Part shown: in pieces, positions 46,801 through 56,641 of the stretch | How positions within the stretch are numbered: the first letter of the stretch is position 1 | Layout of the letters: each line of letters opens with the position of its first letter | Assembly (NCBI RefSeq): GCF_018350175.1 | Contig: NC_058382.1 | Location: 43,214,001 to 43,278,000, forward strand | Origin: Felis catus | Lineage: Eukaryota | Direction of reading: 5' to 3' | Length of the DNA stretch: 64,000 bases | Made by a program: the position numbers and the translations under genes | The notes under the pieces: model-generated | The model's database searches: none | What the model saw: the letters and a program-made list of their open reading frames with translations, nothing else | Told to the model about the DNA's origin: nothing

Positions 46801-49680
46801 ACGGGTGGGAGGTCTGCGAGCCAAACCAGGCCTGTGCACTGACTGTGGCTGAAGAGGTGTGGCAAAGGTCAAGTTGAGGGAACTGGTGGGAGGGAGGAGC
46901 CATGAAGGAAAGTCAGGTACCTGAAGCCCAATTTTTGGGAGAATACTCCCATCTGCCCTGGGGCTCTCATCTCTAAGAACACAGCCATTATGCTATGAAG
47001 CTAATACTGGCAGGGACCAATATGGTCAGATTCCATCCCAATCAATACCTCCCTCCCCAAGCCTCTCCACCAACCCCCAAACAGACAACAGCACCTGGTG
47101 AGAGAAGAGGCACTGGTATTCCCACAAGGCTCTGCAAGAGAATTTAAAAAGAAACCATGATAAGTTCTAGGCTCATGACAGCCCTGTCTCAGGCCTCTTC
47201 AGCCTCTCCAGAGGACAAAAGAGGGTGGCCACAAGTGTTGTCCAGGGTCTTACCTTGGGAGAGAGGCAGACCCTGGTCTATTCCTTGCTGAAAGACTGAC
47301 AATCTCAGCTTCCGCTTCCTCCTGCCAGGAGCCAGCAGACCTAGAGCCAGGGTTGTAGGGGGCTCAAGCTCAGGAAGTTGCAGCTCCAGGCTACAAGGAT
47401 GAAACTTATCTCAGGCCAGGAAGCCCAATATTGGCTTCTGGGACCCTCAAGAGGCTCCCTGATCAGAGCTACCCAACAGCCCAGTGCAAGGGGGAGAATT
47501 CATTGTGCACCTGCCCCGAATGCTTTCCTGTCTAGAGGATTGGACCACCTGCGGTGTTGGCACTGGCTTGACCACTGACTCTGGCATCATGATGGAAGAT
47601 TCTGGGGCTGCCAAAATAGCAAGAAGAAAGTAAGGTTGGCAGGGCAGGCTGCCCTGAATGAGAGATACCATGGGACTGGTGTCTAACTCTGACCAGCAAG
47701 CCAGTGTTCACTCACCAGTTAGAAGGATGTTCTTCAGCAGAGTCCGGGGTGTCTGTTCCTCCAGGTGTCCACTGGTTTGAACATGGGCCAATCTGCCAAT
47801 AGACTTTGGGTGAAAGCATCAAGTAATCAGTCTGTTTGTTTGCCTTGAGATTCCCTCAAGGTGGGCTCCAGAGCAGAGCTAGACCTCAGGGTCCCCTGAA
47901 TGCAGCAAGAGCCCTGTAGGGGTCAATGGGCTGGGGCACTTACCCTGGCTCTTTGGGAACGCCGCCTTGCATTCGTCTTTGTTGAGCTGCTCAACCTCCT
48001 GGAGGAAGGTGTTTCAAGTAGGGATTTCTGGGCACTGTGTAAAGACCAATTGCTCTGAGAATTAAGTAGGGACAGGAAACTAGAGGATGCAGAGATGTGC
48101 TTTCATCAGGAATCTTGGCCTAAAGCCCTTTTCCCTCAAGGCCAAGGAACCAGAAACCACTTGCCCCTCCCCTAGCGCCTGTTCTCAGCTCTGTATCAAC
48201 AAGGTTGTGGATGAAGGGGAACCTGAGGGATATGGGAATAGAGAGGGACCATAATGACCTACCTAGAGAGAGGGACTGAGGAAACCTTTACAGAACTGAC
48301 TTTCTTAGAAGCAGAGGTTAGCCACACAGACAAGAGAAGCAAATGGAACAGTATCCATTCCTGACATTAAAATAACAACCCAAGGGAGCACCTGGGTGGC
48401 TCAGTCGGTTGAGCATCGCACTCTGTGCTGACAGTGCGGAGCCTGCTTGGGATTCCCTGTCTCCTTCTCTGCCCCTCTCCCTCTAGAGCACATGCTCTCT
48501 CTCTCTCAAAAATAAGTAAATAAAGGGGCGCCTGGGTGGCGCAGTCGGTTAAGCGTCCGACTTCAGCCAGGTCACGATCTCGCGGTCCGTGGGTTCGAGC
48601 CCCGCGTCAGGCTCTGGGCTGATGGCTCGGAGCCTGGAGCCTGTTTCCGATTCTGTGTCTCCCTCTCTCTCTGCCCCTCCCCCGTTCATGCTCTGTCTCT
48701 CTCTGTCCCAAAAATAAATAAATGTTGAAAAAAAACATTTAAAAAAATAAATAAATAAACATTAAAAAAAATAACAACCCAAGAAGGATTTTAAATATTT
48801 TGAAGGCTTTTAAATGCCTGTCAGGGTTTGACAGCAACTTCTACATGGGTCACGCCAGTCCTAGTCTCTTCTTTCCAGTCTCCCTCAAATTCCCAAGGCA
48901 TAGCTCCCACCTCATCACTCATAGGTCTAAAACCTACAACGAACAGCTTCCCAGCGCCTATAAAAGAACTGTACTGCCCCTGTCTGGCTGATGCCAAATT
49001 CCACACCCTCTGCACCATGAGCTCACCACAGACCTCATCCACTGTCACTGCCACTACGTCAAGCCAATTCCCTACTCCCTAGCAAAACATCTTTCTAGTT
49101 CCTGCCTCCCGAATTCTACGTAGGCTGTTCTCTATAGCTCCTTTCCCATCTTTCAGAAGGACCCTCCAGGAAAAGGGGAGTGAATGTGCAGGGAAAGGTG
49201 GAGGACACATAGGAGGCAGGGCAGATGCTTGGACACACTCTGGGCTGATGTCGGGGAAGATGGCCCGTAGAACGGGCCAAAAGGCCAGATTCTGAGCGCC
49301 TATCCTTCACCAGAGGCCGAAACCCAAAGACCCGAACGTGATTTGAGTTCCGTGGTCCCGAGACTTGTCAGACTGGAGTCCCTGGGCGGCGGGCACCAAC
49401 AGCTGACCTGAGCCTAGCTAGAAGGGTGGAGCCAGTTCTCAGAACCCTGAGTCCTGCGCCTCTCCGAGACTCAGTTCCCCTTTCCCTTTCCAAACGGGGT
49501 CTCCCACGGAAACCTAACCCCTTAATCCTTCTGGTTGCTCATATGCTGGCTCAGCGCCCTCACATACCCAATTCCAGCACTTCGGCGTCGCTGCGGGGTG
49601 CGAGTGTCCGCGGTATCCAGCACGCGTCGCAGCAACGTGCGTGTGGTAGGCTCGCTGTCCTGGCTGTAGCTATCCGCCAT
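43746..49680 (-). CDS. CENPT: Centromere protein T, 13 coding exons, 1716 nt / 571 aa (575 aa if the in-frame ATG at 49692 is used)
   Basis: Spliced frame contains the N-terminal Ndc80-binding motifs (RTLLRRVLDTA, TPRTLLKNILLTA), the Mis12-binding region (TFATPLQPQSVHRPGLARRP) and the C-terminal histone fold (YFQHLCDDLEVFAAHAGRKTV...HLPLEYRQLLIPCAFSGNTVFPAQ*). All junctions are GT-AG and in phase. Confidence 0.95.
43944..44048 (-). CDS. CENPT: CENPT coding exon 12 (105 nt)
   Basis: tttggcag|LDKYFQHLCDDLEVFAAHAGRKTVRPEDLELLMR-R|gtaagt. Confidence 0.93.
44138..44314 (-). CDS. CENPT: CENPT coding exon 11 (177 nt)
   Basis: gcccccag|LSSEPLEP...QDPHKTGLNHYVKLFSFYAKMPMEKKALEMVEK-C|gtgagt. Confidence 0.92.
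44382..44572 (+). mobile_element. CAN-SINE in a CENPT intron
   Basis: Head ggggtgcctgggtgactcag; TSD-like aagtctt flanks. Confidence 0.85.
45106..45196 (-). CDS. CENPT: CENPT coding exon 10 (91 nt)
   Basis: ctctacag|SPELASSTTEFLQARQLQFLESAPPPSTA-I|gtaaga. Confidence 0.88.
45426..45731 (-). CDS. CENPT: CENPT coding exon 9 (306 nt)
   Basis: ttgattcag|PVKPAQLLAG...GEDEVEPLQGGV...SSGDENISGRT-A|gtaagg. Confidence 0.88.
45963..46163 (-). CDS. CENPT: CENPT coding exon 8 (201 nt)
   Basis: gatctccag|NSLRTPVATLPTDTVLEDTQPFSQPLVG...GPKLQNH-S|gtgagt; acceptor position less certain. Confidence 0.8.
46734..46882 (-). CDS. CENPT: CENPT coding exon 7 (149 nt)
   Basis: cccaccag|SLNLTFATPLQPQSVHRPGLARRPPTRRAVDVGAFLQDLQDTSLALASP-G|gtaagg. 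Confidence 0.9.
47095..47131 (-). CDS. CENPT: CENPT coding exon 6 (37 nt)
   Basis: cttgcag|EPCGNTSASSLT-S|gtgctg; phases fit both flanking exons. Confidence 0.85.
47254..47390 (-). CDS. CENPT: CENPT coding exon 5 (137 nt)
   Basis: cttgtag|LELQLPELEPPTTLALGLLAPGRRKRKLRLSVFQQGIDQGLPLSQ|gtaaga. Confidence 0.9.
47511..47607 (-). CDS. CENPT: CENPT coding exon 4 (97 nt)
   Basis: ttggcag|PESSIMMPESVVKPVPTPQVVQSSRQESIRG-S|gtgcac. Confidence 0.9.
47716..47803 (-). CDS. CENPT: CENPT coding exon 3 (88 nt)
   Basis: cccaaag|SIGRLAHVQTSGHLEEQTPRTLLKNILLT-A|gtgagt. Confidence 0.9.
47944..48034 (-). CDS. CENPT: CENPT coding exon 2 (91 nt)
   Basis: ttacacag|AQKSLLETPSSRRLSSSTKTNARRRSQRAR|gtaagt. Confidence 0.88.
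48384..48770 (+). mobile_element. Internally deleted CAN-SINE with a young SINEC_Fc-like element (about 48525-48760) in its tail
   Basis: Outer TSD aaaataacaacccaag (48369-48384 / 48768-48783); inner copy keeps nearly all CpGs. Confidence 0.88.
49568..49680 (-). CDS. CENPT: CENPT coding exon 1 (113 nt)
   Basis: MADSYSQDSEPTTRTLLRRVLDTADTRTPQRRRSAGI-G|gtatgt. Confidence 0.9.
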
Positions 49681-49870
49681 TGCCTCAGCCATTCGCTCTC
49701 CCACCCAACTGCTCAGGTGGGCCGCTCCACCGCCTTCCCGCCGCCGCGTTTGAGCCAACTCTCGCGAGTCGGCAGGCCGCGAGGCTGCCGCACAGCCTCA
49801 CGGGAGTTGCGGTTCCAACCCTACCCGCTCAGAGGACCCTGGCGCGGTCGTTGTAAACTGGATTGGAGGC
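49580..49870 (-). promoter_or_regulatory. CENPT proximal CpG-island promoter
   Basis: CpG-rich; TCTCGCGAGT (1 mismatch to the BANP/ZBTB33 palindrome TCTCGCGAGA) at 49760-49769; CCAAT on - strand at 49862-49866. Confidence 0.65.
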
Positions 49871-49879
49871 ACTGTTACC

Positions 49880-50170
49880 AGGGAGTGAACCTGGGCAAAT
49901 GTGTGCCATCAGTCGAAGACTTGGTTTCTTCATCTGTAAGTTGAGGATGATACCCACCTAATAGGGGCTTGTACTGATCTAATGGGATAATTTTTTAAAG
50001 TTTGTTTAGGTAATTTCTACATCAACATGGGGCTCAACTTCAGGATCCTGGGATCAAGAGTCACATGCTCTACTTACTGAGCAAGCCAGGCGCCCCTCAT
50101 TGAGATAATGTTTAGCTCGGTGTCTGATATATAGTAAGCCAGGCCCTTAATAAATAGCAGTCACTATTAG
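49880..50170. mobile_element. MIR fragment interrupted by a short - strand CAN-SINE (about 49990-50097)
   Basis: gtttcttcatctgtaagttgaggatgata MIR core; TSD-like aatgggataat/attgagataat. Confidence 0.65.
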
Positions 50171-50574
50171 AATGTCTCTTATTCCCATCTCCCTCTCCTA
50201 GTTTAGTAGGCACACTTGGGCCAGGAAAAAATAATTTTATCCTATATGTGATCTGGTCAGATTTGCATTTGTGAAAACTACTCAGCCTCAGAAGAGACCA
50301 GGCTGCAGGCTCAAAAGCTAGTGGGCTGTTTGTGATGCAGCAGAAATGTTATGATCTCCAAACACGTGCAATTTTGAGACGAAATTTGACTTTCAAAGTT
50401 CTGTTAATGCTAGAGACTCTATTAGCACATTTTTCACCAAGACAGCCTTTCTTAAATTTTCATGGAAATTTAATTAGAACTTGAGTTCTGAGTTATGGAC
50501 TTATCCTTTTGCTCCTAGATCAGGTGTCTATGTGTTTTACATAATTGATTAAACTTTATATTTGCTACTTTTAA

Positions 50575-50890
50575 AAAAGAAAATACTGAGTGCATGAAGC
50601 AAGGGAGGGAGGAGTAAGACAGGCAGGGAGCAGACCATGTGGGGTCTTACAGGCTCGGGAAAGGAGTTTGGACATTATTCTTAATGCAATAGGCCACTGG
50701 AAGGATTTAAGCAGAGGAATTACATAACCATATTTTTTTGGTATCCATGTGAACAACAGATTTTGTAGAGGAGGCAAGATTGGCAGCAGGGAGACTTGTG
50801 ACAAGGTTGTAGCCTTTTTCCAGAGGTGACAAGATAGAGGGTGGGCAGGGCAGTAGGGGTGGGGAGAGAGCTATGCATTCTAGATATGTT
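50575..50890 (-). mobile_element. Probable L2 fragment
   Basis: aaggagtttggacattattcttaatgcaataggccactggaaggatttaagcag is a typical antisense L2 pattern. Confidence 0.55.
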
Positions 50891-51427
50891 TTATGTATAA
50901 AAGATTATGTGTAGAATAGAAGTGATTTTATGTACTGGAAGGTACGATTTTATTGAGCATCTTCAATGTTCTGTGCATGAAGAAACGATATAAATTTGAT
51001 CTCATTAATATTTTTTGAGGAAGGTACGTCTTGAGACAAGAATAGAATTCTATCAGTAATAGTATGACAATGAAAATACAAAACAATGTAACAATGATCT
51101 TTTGCTTTATCTCTACTGCATACATTTCATAAACATTTAATCATTTAACAAAGTGTGTATTCATGTTTTTACTGTTGTATATTCATCCAAATGAATGCAC
51201 ATTTTTCAACATGGACTGCATTTCTAAGTTTGAAGGGGGTTCAAGCTGTGGACCTCAGCTGCATAGGCCAGGAGGAATGGAACTTCTTTCTGGTATGGGT
51301 TTGTGAAACCCATGCCAATAACCATGGAGCACGTTGTGAACACAAAGTGCAAGGGTGATGTTTGCATGTTGGACCAGACAAATAGTTCATTTCCATTGTC
51401 CCGTATTTTTCCAAAACGTTAAAAAAA

Positions 51428-51633
51428 TTTTTTTTTAATGTTTATTTTTGAGAGAGAGAAAAAGCACGAATGGGGGAGGTGCAGAGAGAGAGGGAGACAC
51501 AGAATCTGAAGCAGGCTCCAAGCTCTGAGCTCTCAGCACAGAGCCCAACACGGGGCTGGAACTCATAAAAGCACAAGATCATGACCTGAGCTGAAGTTGG
51601 ATGTTTAACCGACTGAGCCACCCAGTCGACCCA
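51428..51633 (-). mobile_element. CAN-SINE
   Basis: Tail and body signature. Confidence 0.85.
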
Positions 51634-52559
51634 TTTAAAAAAAATTTTTTTTTAGTGTTTACAAAATATTTTAAGAATGGGTTCCTCTTATAATAAAACA
51701 CTTTAAAAAATGTAACAGTTAACTTGGGGTGTTCCTTTTTCTTTCACATGCTTGTAAATAGCCGAATCTTTCTTGTTTTTATATCAAATACTTAGAAGTA
51801 GTTTATACTAGGCTCCAATTTCACACCCATGGTTTGTAATCAGGAGGGGAAAAAAATTAGGAGGGAGAATCAGGAGAAAGGGTGAAGAAAGGCAAGAAGC
51901 GGAGAAAGGGGGAACTCAGCAAAGGAGGGCTGTTTGCAAGTAACTTCCCTAAAGACTTCCCAGCCTCCTCCCTGGTTTTCCACAGCCTCTCTGGTCCTTT
52001 AGAACGTTTTCTCCTTAGAAGTAGAGGAGTGGGGAGGGGTCTTGTTACAATACAAATCCTGTCCATCCTCTGGTTCAACACACTTCAACAGCTCCCAGTC
52101 CTCTGCAGAATTAAATCCCAAATCTTTTAACTTAGCCCAGTTTGGTATCTTTTGACGCTCCAGCTACCCAGCCTGGCATCTTCCAGGTTTTGAAGGGCGG
52201 AGCCTAGTTCTTTCTTGCCTCAGGGCCAGCTACTCCTCCCCACTCCAGCTTTTCACCGTTTTTTTTCTTCCTGGGACTCCGCCTCCCATTTTTTCCTCTG
52301 TCGTGTTCATTATTTTGTAGCACTTATTTCTGTGATTAGAAATCCATTCAGGTGCATTCACATCTATTATCCAAAAGTTGGACCCTCATCCCTCGCAGCA
52401 GTCAGGCCTGGTCAGTCAGCTCCTGCAAGGTTCCCAACGCACTGCCCTGTGCCCGCCACACAGTAAGCATCTATTGGTGACTGATGTTTAGGTCAGTGAG
52501 TCATCGCAAACAGCGGCTGAATTAGGAGAGTGCTCAACGCAGAGAAAGGGGCTCCTGAG

Positions 52560-53336
52560 GTCTTTCTGGGCACTGAAGCCCCGGTCGCCCACCCAAGCCC
52601 CGCAGGAATGCTGTAGACTCACAACCGCCAGTGATTGGGGAACCGCTTCCGGCAAGGTTGTCCGCTGGCACAACCTCACCCAACTCCTAGTCCCCTGTAA
52701 CCCGGCCTCTCCTTTAGGCGGCGCTGCAGGCCACAGCAGCTGAGTTCAGCGCAAGGCATTGCGGGATTTGTGGTTTTTGGGGGCAAATACCCAGGGCGCT
52801 TGCGCACTACAGAGGCGCGCGCCTCCCGCCTCCCCCCCCCCCCCCCGGCCGCCGTATCAGGATTCCAGGTCCTTGCGAAGGGCGGTCAGGAGACGGCGTT
52901 GCAACCGAATACGCCTCTATAGTCGGCCAGGGATTAGCCGGGTGGGAGTAAGAATCTGTTCTGCGTGGGCCATAGCGGCGCCCAAGAAAGCGGCTGGACT
53001 TATCACGCCCCCGCTCCGGAAGTGAGCAGCTTCTGGCGTGGTGCATTGTGGGGGGCGTAGTCCTCCTTCCCGGGCGGTCCTTCGCGGCGTCCCCGGGGCC
53101 GACTCTGGAGCGCAGGCGGGCGGCCGGGTGGGTGGCGCGGCGCGGGCCGGCGGGAAGCGTATTCTGGGCACGGGGCGCCGGGCCAGGCCGGCTGCGCCGG
53201 GCGGCATTAGTGGGAAGCCGCCTAAAGACCCGCCCGGCGCCGCCCGTCGAGGGGGCGGGCGGCGGCAGACCGACCGGGTCGTCGAAGGGCTTAGGAGGCC
53301 GGTGGGCAGGGCCGAGGCGGGCCGCGCGGCGCAGCC
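52560..53336 (+). promoter_or_regulatory. THAP11 CpG-island promoter and 5' UTR
   Basis: Dense CpG; ETS/GABPA motif CCGGAAGTG 53016-53024; ZNF143/THAP11-type motif on - strand 53041-53061; C15 run 52832-52846. Confidence 0.75.
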
Positions 53337-53644
53337 ATGCCAGGCTTTACGTGCTGCGTGCCGGGCTGCTACAACAACTCACACCGGGACAAGGCGCTGC
53401 ACTTCTACACGTTTCCCAAGGACGCTGAACTGCGGCGTCTCTGGCTCAAGAACGTGTCCCGCGCTGGCGTCAGTGGGTGCTTCTCCACCTTTCAGCCCAC
53501 CACGGGCCACCGTCTCTGCAGCGTCCACTTCCAGGGCGGCCGCAAGACCTACACGGTGCGCGTCCCTACCATCTTCCCGCTGCGTGGCGTCAACGAGCGC
53601 AAAGTAGCACGCAGACCCGCCGGGGCTGCAGCCGCTCGCCGCAG

Positions 53645-53683
<39 letters not shown>

Positions 53684-54260
53684 GCAGCAACAGCCACCGC
53701 CGCAGCAGCAGTCGTCGCCGTCAGCCTCCACTGCCCAGGCCTCCCAGCTGCAGCCGAACCTGGTGTCTGCCTCTGCTGCTGTGCTTCTCACCCTTCAGGC
53801 CGCTGTAGACAGCAGCCAGGCTCCGGGGTCCGTGCCCCCAGCTCCCACCACTCCCACAGGCGAAGACGTGAAACCCATCGACCTGACCGTGCAAGTGGAG
53901 TTCGCCGCCGCCGAGGGCGCAGCCGCCGCCGCCGCCGCGTCGGAGCTAGAGGCTGCTACAGCAGGGCTGGAGGCCGCAGAGTGCCCTATGGGTCCCCAGT
54001 TGGTGGTGGTGGGTGAAGAGGGCTTCCCTGATACTGGCTCCGACCACTCATACTCGTTGTCGTCAGGCACCACGGAGGAGGAGCTCCTGCGCAAGCTGAA
54101 CGAGCAGCGGGACATCCTGGCGCTGATGGAGGTGAAGATGAAGGAAATGAAAGGCAGCATCCGCCACCTGCGTCTCACTGAGGCCAAGCTACGAGAAGAA
54201 CTCCGCGAGAAGGATCGGCTGCTGGCCATGGCTGTCATCCGAAAGAAGCACGGAATGTGA
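53337..54260 (+). CDS. THAP11: THAP domain containing 11 (Ronin), single exon, 307 aa
   Basis: THAP C2CH zinc finger ([11 protein letters not shown]...W...LCSVHF...VPTIF), polyQ tract, polyA tract, HCF-1-binding motif DHSY and C-terminal coiled coil ending RKKHGM*; gccATG start. Confidence 0.98.
53646..53711 (+). repeat. THAP11: CAG/CAA coding repeat, Q16-P3-Q3
   Basis: (CAG)2(CAA)3(CAG)2(CAA)3(CAG)4 CAA CAG CCA CCG CCG (CAG)3 read directly. Confidence 0.95.
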
Positions 54261-56310
54261 ACGCACCCCCCCCCCCTTTGGCTTGCTGGACTCCCGGACC
54301 TAGAGGGACCTTAGGCCGCTGCTGGTGAACTCCCCTATATTCCTGGGACACTGGTTGACAGTACTGAAGCTTAGGGCAGCTGGACTCTTTTGCTGGTGGC
54401 CTGACACCCTCTCTTGTTTTCTCCTGAAGCAAGGTCCTGAAGTTTGGGACCTCAGACTCTGCACGGGTGACACCAGCATTTATGACTTTGTCCCCCATTC
54501 TTCACCTCACCCCCTGTTTATGTTGCAGGTTCTGGTTAAGCAGAGGCTTCAGAACCACTGAACTTGAAACTTAACCCCTCAGAATGCAGGTCGGCTGCCC
54601 AAGGACTATGGGTTTAGGAAGACAACACCTTGAGGTTGGCCAGCATTGGGACAACTCTTCCGTGTGTAGTGATAAGAGATCCAAGTAACATCAGTTCTCC
54701 TTTTCCTGCTTTTCCTTCCCAGGTGCAGACTGTGATTCTGATGGGAACTGTGCCTCTGCCTATTTAGGACCTCTCTCCCCAGGAGGCCATCTACAAGGGG
54801 ATCTAGGTNNNNNNNNNNNNNNNNNNNNNNNNNNNNNNNNNNNNNNNNNNNNNNNNNNNNNNNNNNNNNNNNNNNNNNNNNNNNNNNNNNNNNNNNNNNN
54901 NNNNNNNNNNNNNNNNNNNNNNNNNNNNNNNNNNNNNNNNNNNNNNNNAAGTAAGGTTTTAATTTGGGTTTCGCCATTTTATTTTGATAAAGACTCATTT
55001 AGGTATTCCTGAAACATGGGGAAATAGGCCTCCCAACAGGCCTCTGCCCTGGGTCTCAAGGACCAGGCTGATCCGGAGAGTAGAAATGCTTCACTGACCA
55101 TGTTTCTCCATAAAGGGGCCCTGAGCACATGGACCCTGGCCTCGTAAGGTTCCTACAGAGTTCCTGGCCCAGCTCACTCCAGAGTTTGGAAACTGCACCA
55201 AATGGTCCCAGTTTGTCAGTGGATTGGGAGAAGGAGCAACTGAGAACTAAACCGACTGTGACCCCTCACTTCTCTTGAGGGTTTTGAATCCTTCATGATT
55301 TTAAGCTGGGGTTGAATTTCACTCACCATTTTAGCCCTGACACTTAGTACAGCATCTGGCACACATGGGCTTGCAGTTACTTAAGTCAGTGAAGACCACA
55401 GCTGGAGCCAGCCATGGCTCCTGCAGGCATAACTCTTGTACAGATACCTTGGCCCTGGTACACTTTGAGTGTGGAGGAATTGGGATTTGTGACCCGGTGA
55501 TTCATTTTCTTGGCTGTTTTTATTCTTCTTTAGATGGGAGATTACAGGAGTGAGGTGATGTTTTTATCCATAGGTCCAAGTAATTTAGCTCAAAGCCAAT
55601 AGGGAAAGGCAAATATCTTTAAAGCTTGCCTTATCTACTGTATTTGGGCACAAATGGACACTTCTTGGGCTCCATAAAACATGACCCCCTTCTCTGTTAC
55701 TTTAGAAAAAGCCACTTCCCTGGGGACTTCCGTTTGTGAACTGCAGTGACAAATGTTTCTCTAGTCTCTGCTCTCGGCCCCTTGGCACTGACTTGAGAAA
55801 CAAACAAGTCTCTGGTGGGGAGGAGGGGTGGAATACAGGTTGTGCAGGTGCCTGGTTGGGGAAGGAACTGGTTCTCTGCCTTCCTAGGGTTAGTTCCAGC
55901 TAATCATAAATAAGGTGGTGGAAGCACAGCATTCCCCTTCATGAACGGCTACTAAACCAGTCTCTCACATGTCCCCACTCTCCACTAGGATTGAGAGCTT
56001 TCCTAGGCTCAGTCTATGTCCTTTAGTGTATCTTAGCTCCTGTTTGTTGAAGGGACTTAACACTTTCTACTTTGGCTGACTTGGACCTCTCAGCAGCACT
56101 CCCAGGATAGGTGAGGGCCAGGCTCTGGCCAGGACTGTGGTGTCTGGAGGTTATGTGCACACAGCCTATCCAGTGTTTTAGCTTTTAGGGGGAGGGGGCC
56201 TGACAGCTTAACAAGGGAGGCCCCAGATGCACACAAGCAGGACAATGCAGAGTTTTCACTGGATGAGTAAGAAGCTTCTAGTCAGGCAAATTAGTACAGA
56301 CCTGGGATTT

Positions 56311-56540
56311 TTTTTTTTTAATTTTTTTTCAACGTTTATTTATTTTTGGGACAGAGAGAGACAGAGCATGAACGGGGGAGGGGCAGAGAGAGAAGGAGAC
56401 ACAGAATCACAGAATCGGAAACAGGCTCCAGGCTCCGAGCCATCAGCCCAGAGCCTGACGCGGGGCTCGAACTCACGGACCGCGAGATCGTGACCTGGCT
56501 GAAGTCGGACGCTTAACCAACTGCGCCACCCAGGCGCCCC
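56311..56540 (-). mobile_element. Young SINEC_Fc-like CAN-SINE
   Basis: Perfect 14-bp TSD cagacctgggattt (56297-56310 / 56541-56554); CpGs intact; internal 8-bp duplication acagaatc. Confidence 0.92.
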
Positions 56541-56616
56541 CAGACCTGGGATTTAATAAACAGAAGCTCGGCCTGGGTTTACCAGCCATCCCCAAGAAGC
56601 GAATATATGTGTGTGT

Positions 56617-56641
56617 GGGGGGGGGGGGGGGGGGGGGGGGG
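56617..56641 (+). repeat. G25 homopolymer
   Basis: Read directly. Confidence 0.85.

Noticed and set aside
50900-51410. AT-rich stretch that might be an old DNA-transposon remnant
   Set aside because: No terminal inverted repeats or diagnostic consensus recognised; needs a Dfam search.
53038-54238. Overlapping alternative and antisense ORFs on THAP11 (poly-L, poly-C, poly-A/T)
   Set aside because: Shadows of the CAG/CAA repeat and GC-rich codon usage; no independent coding evidence.
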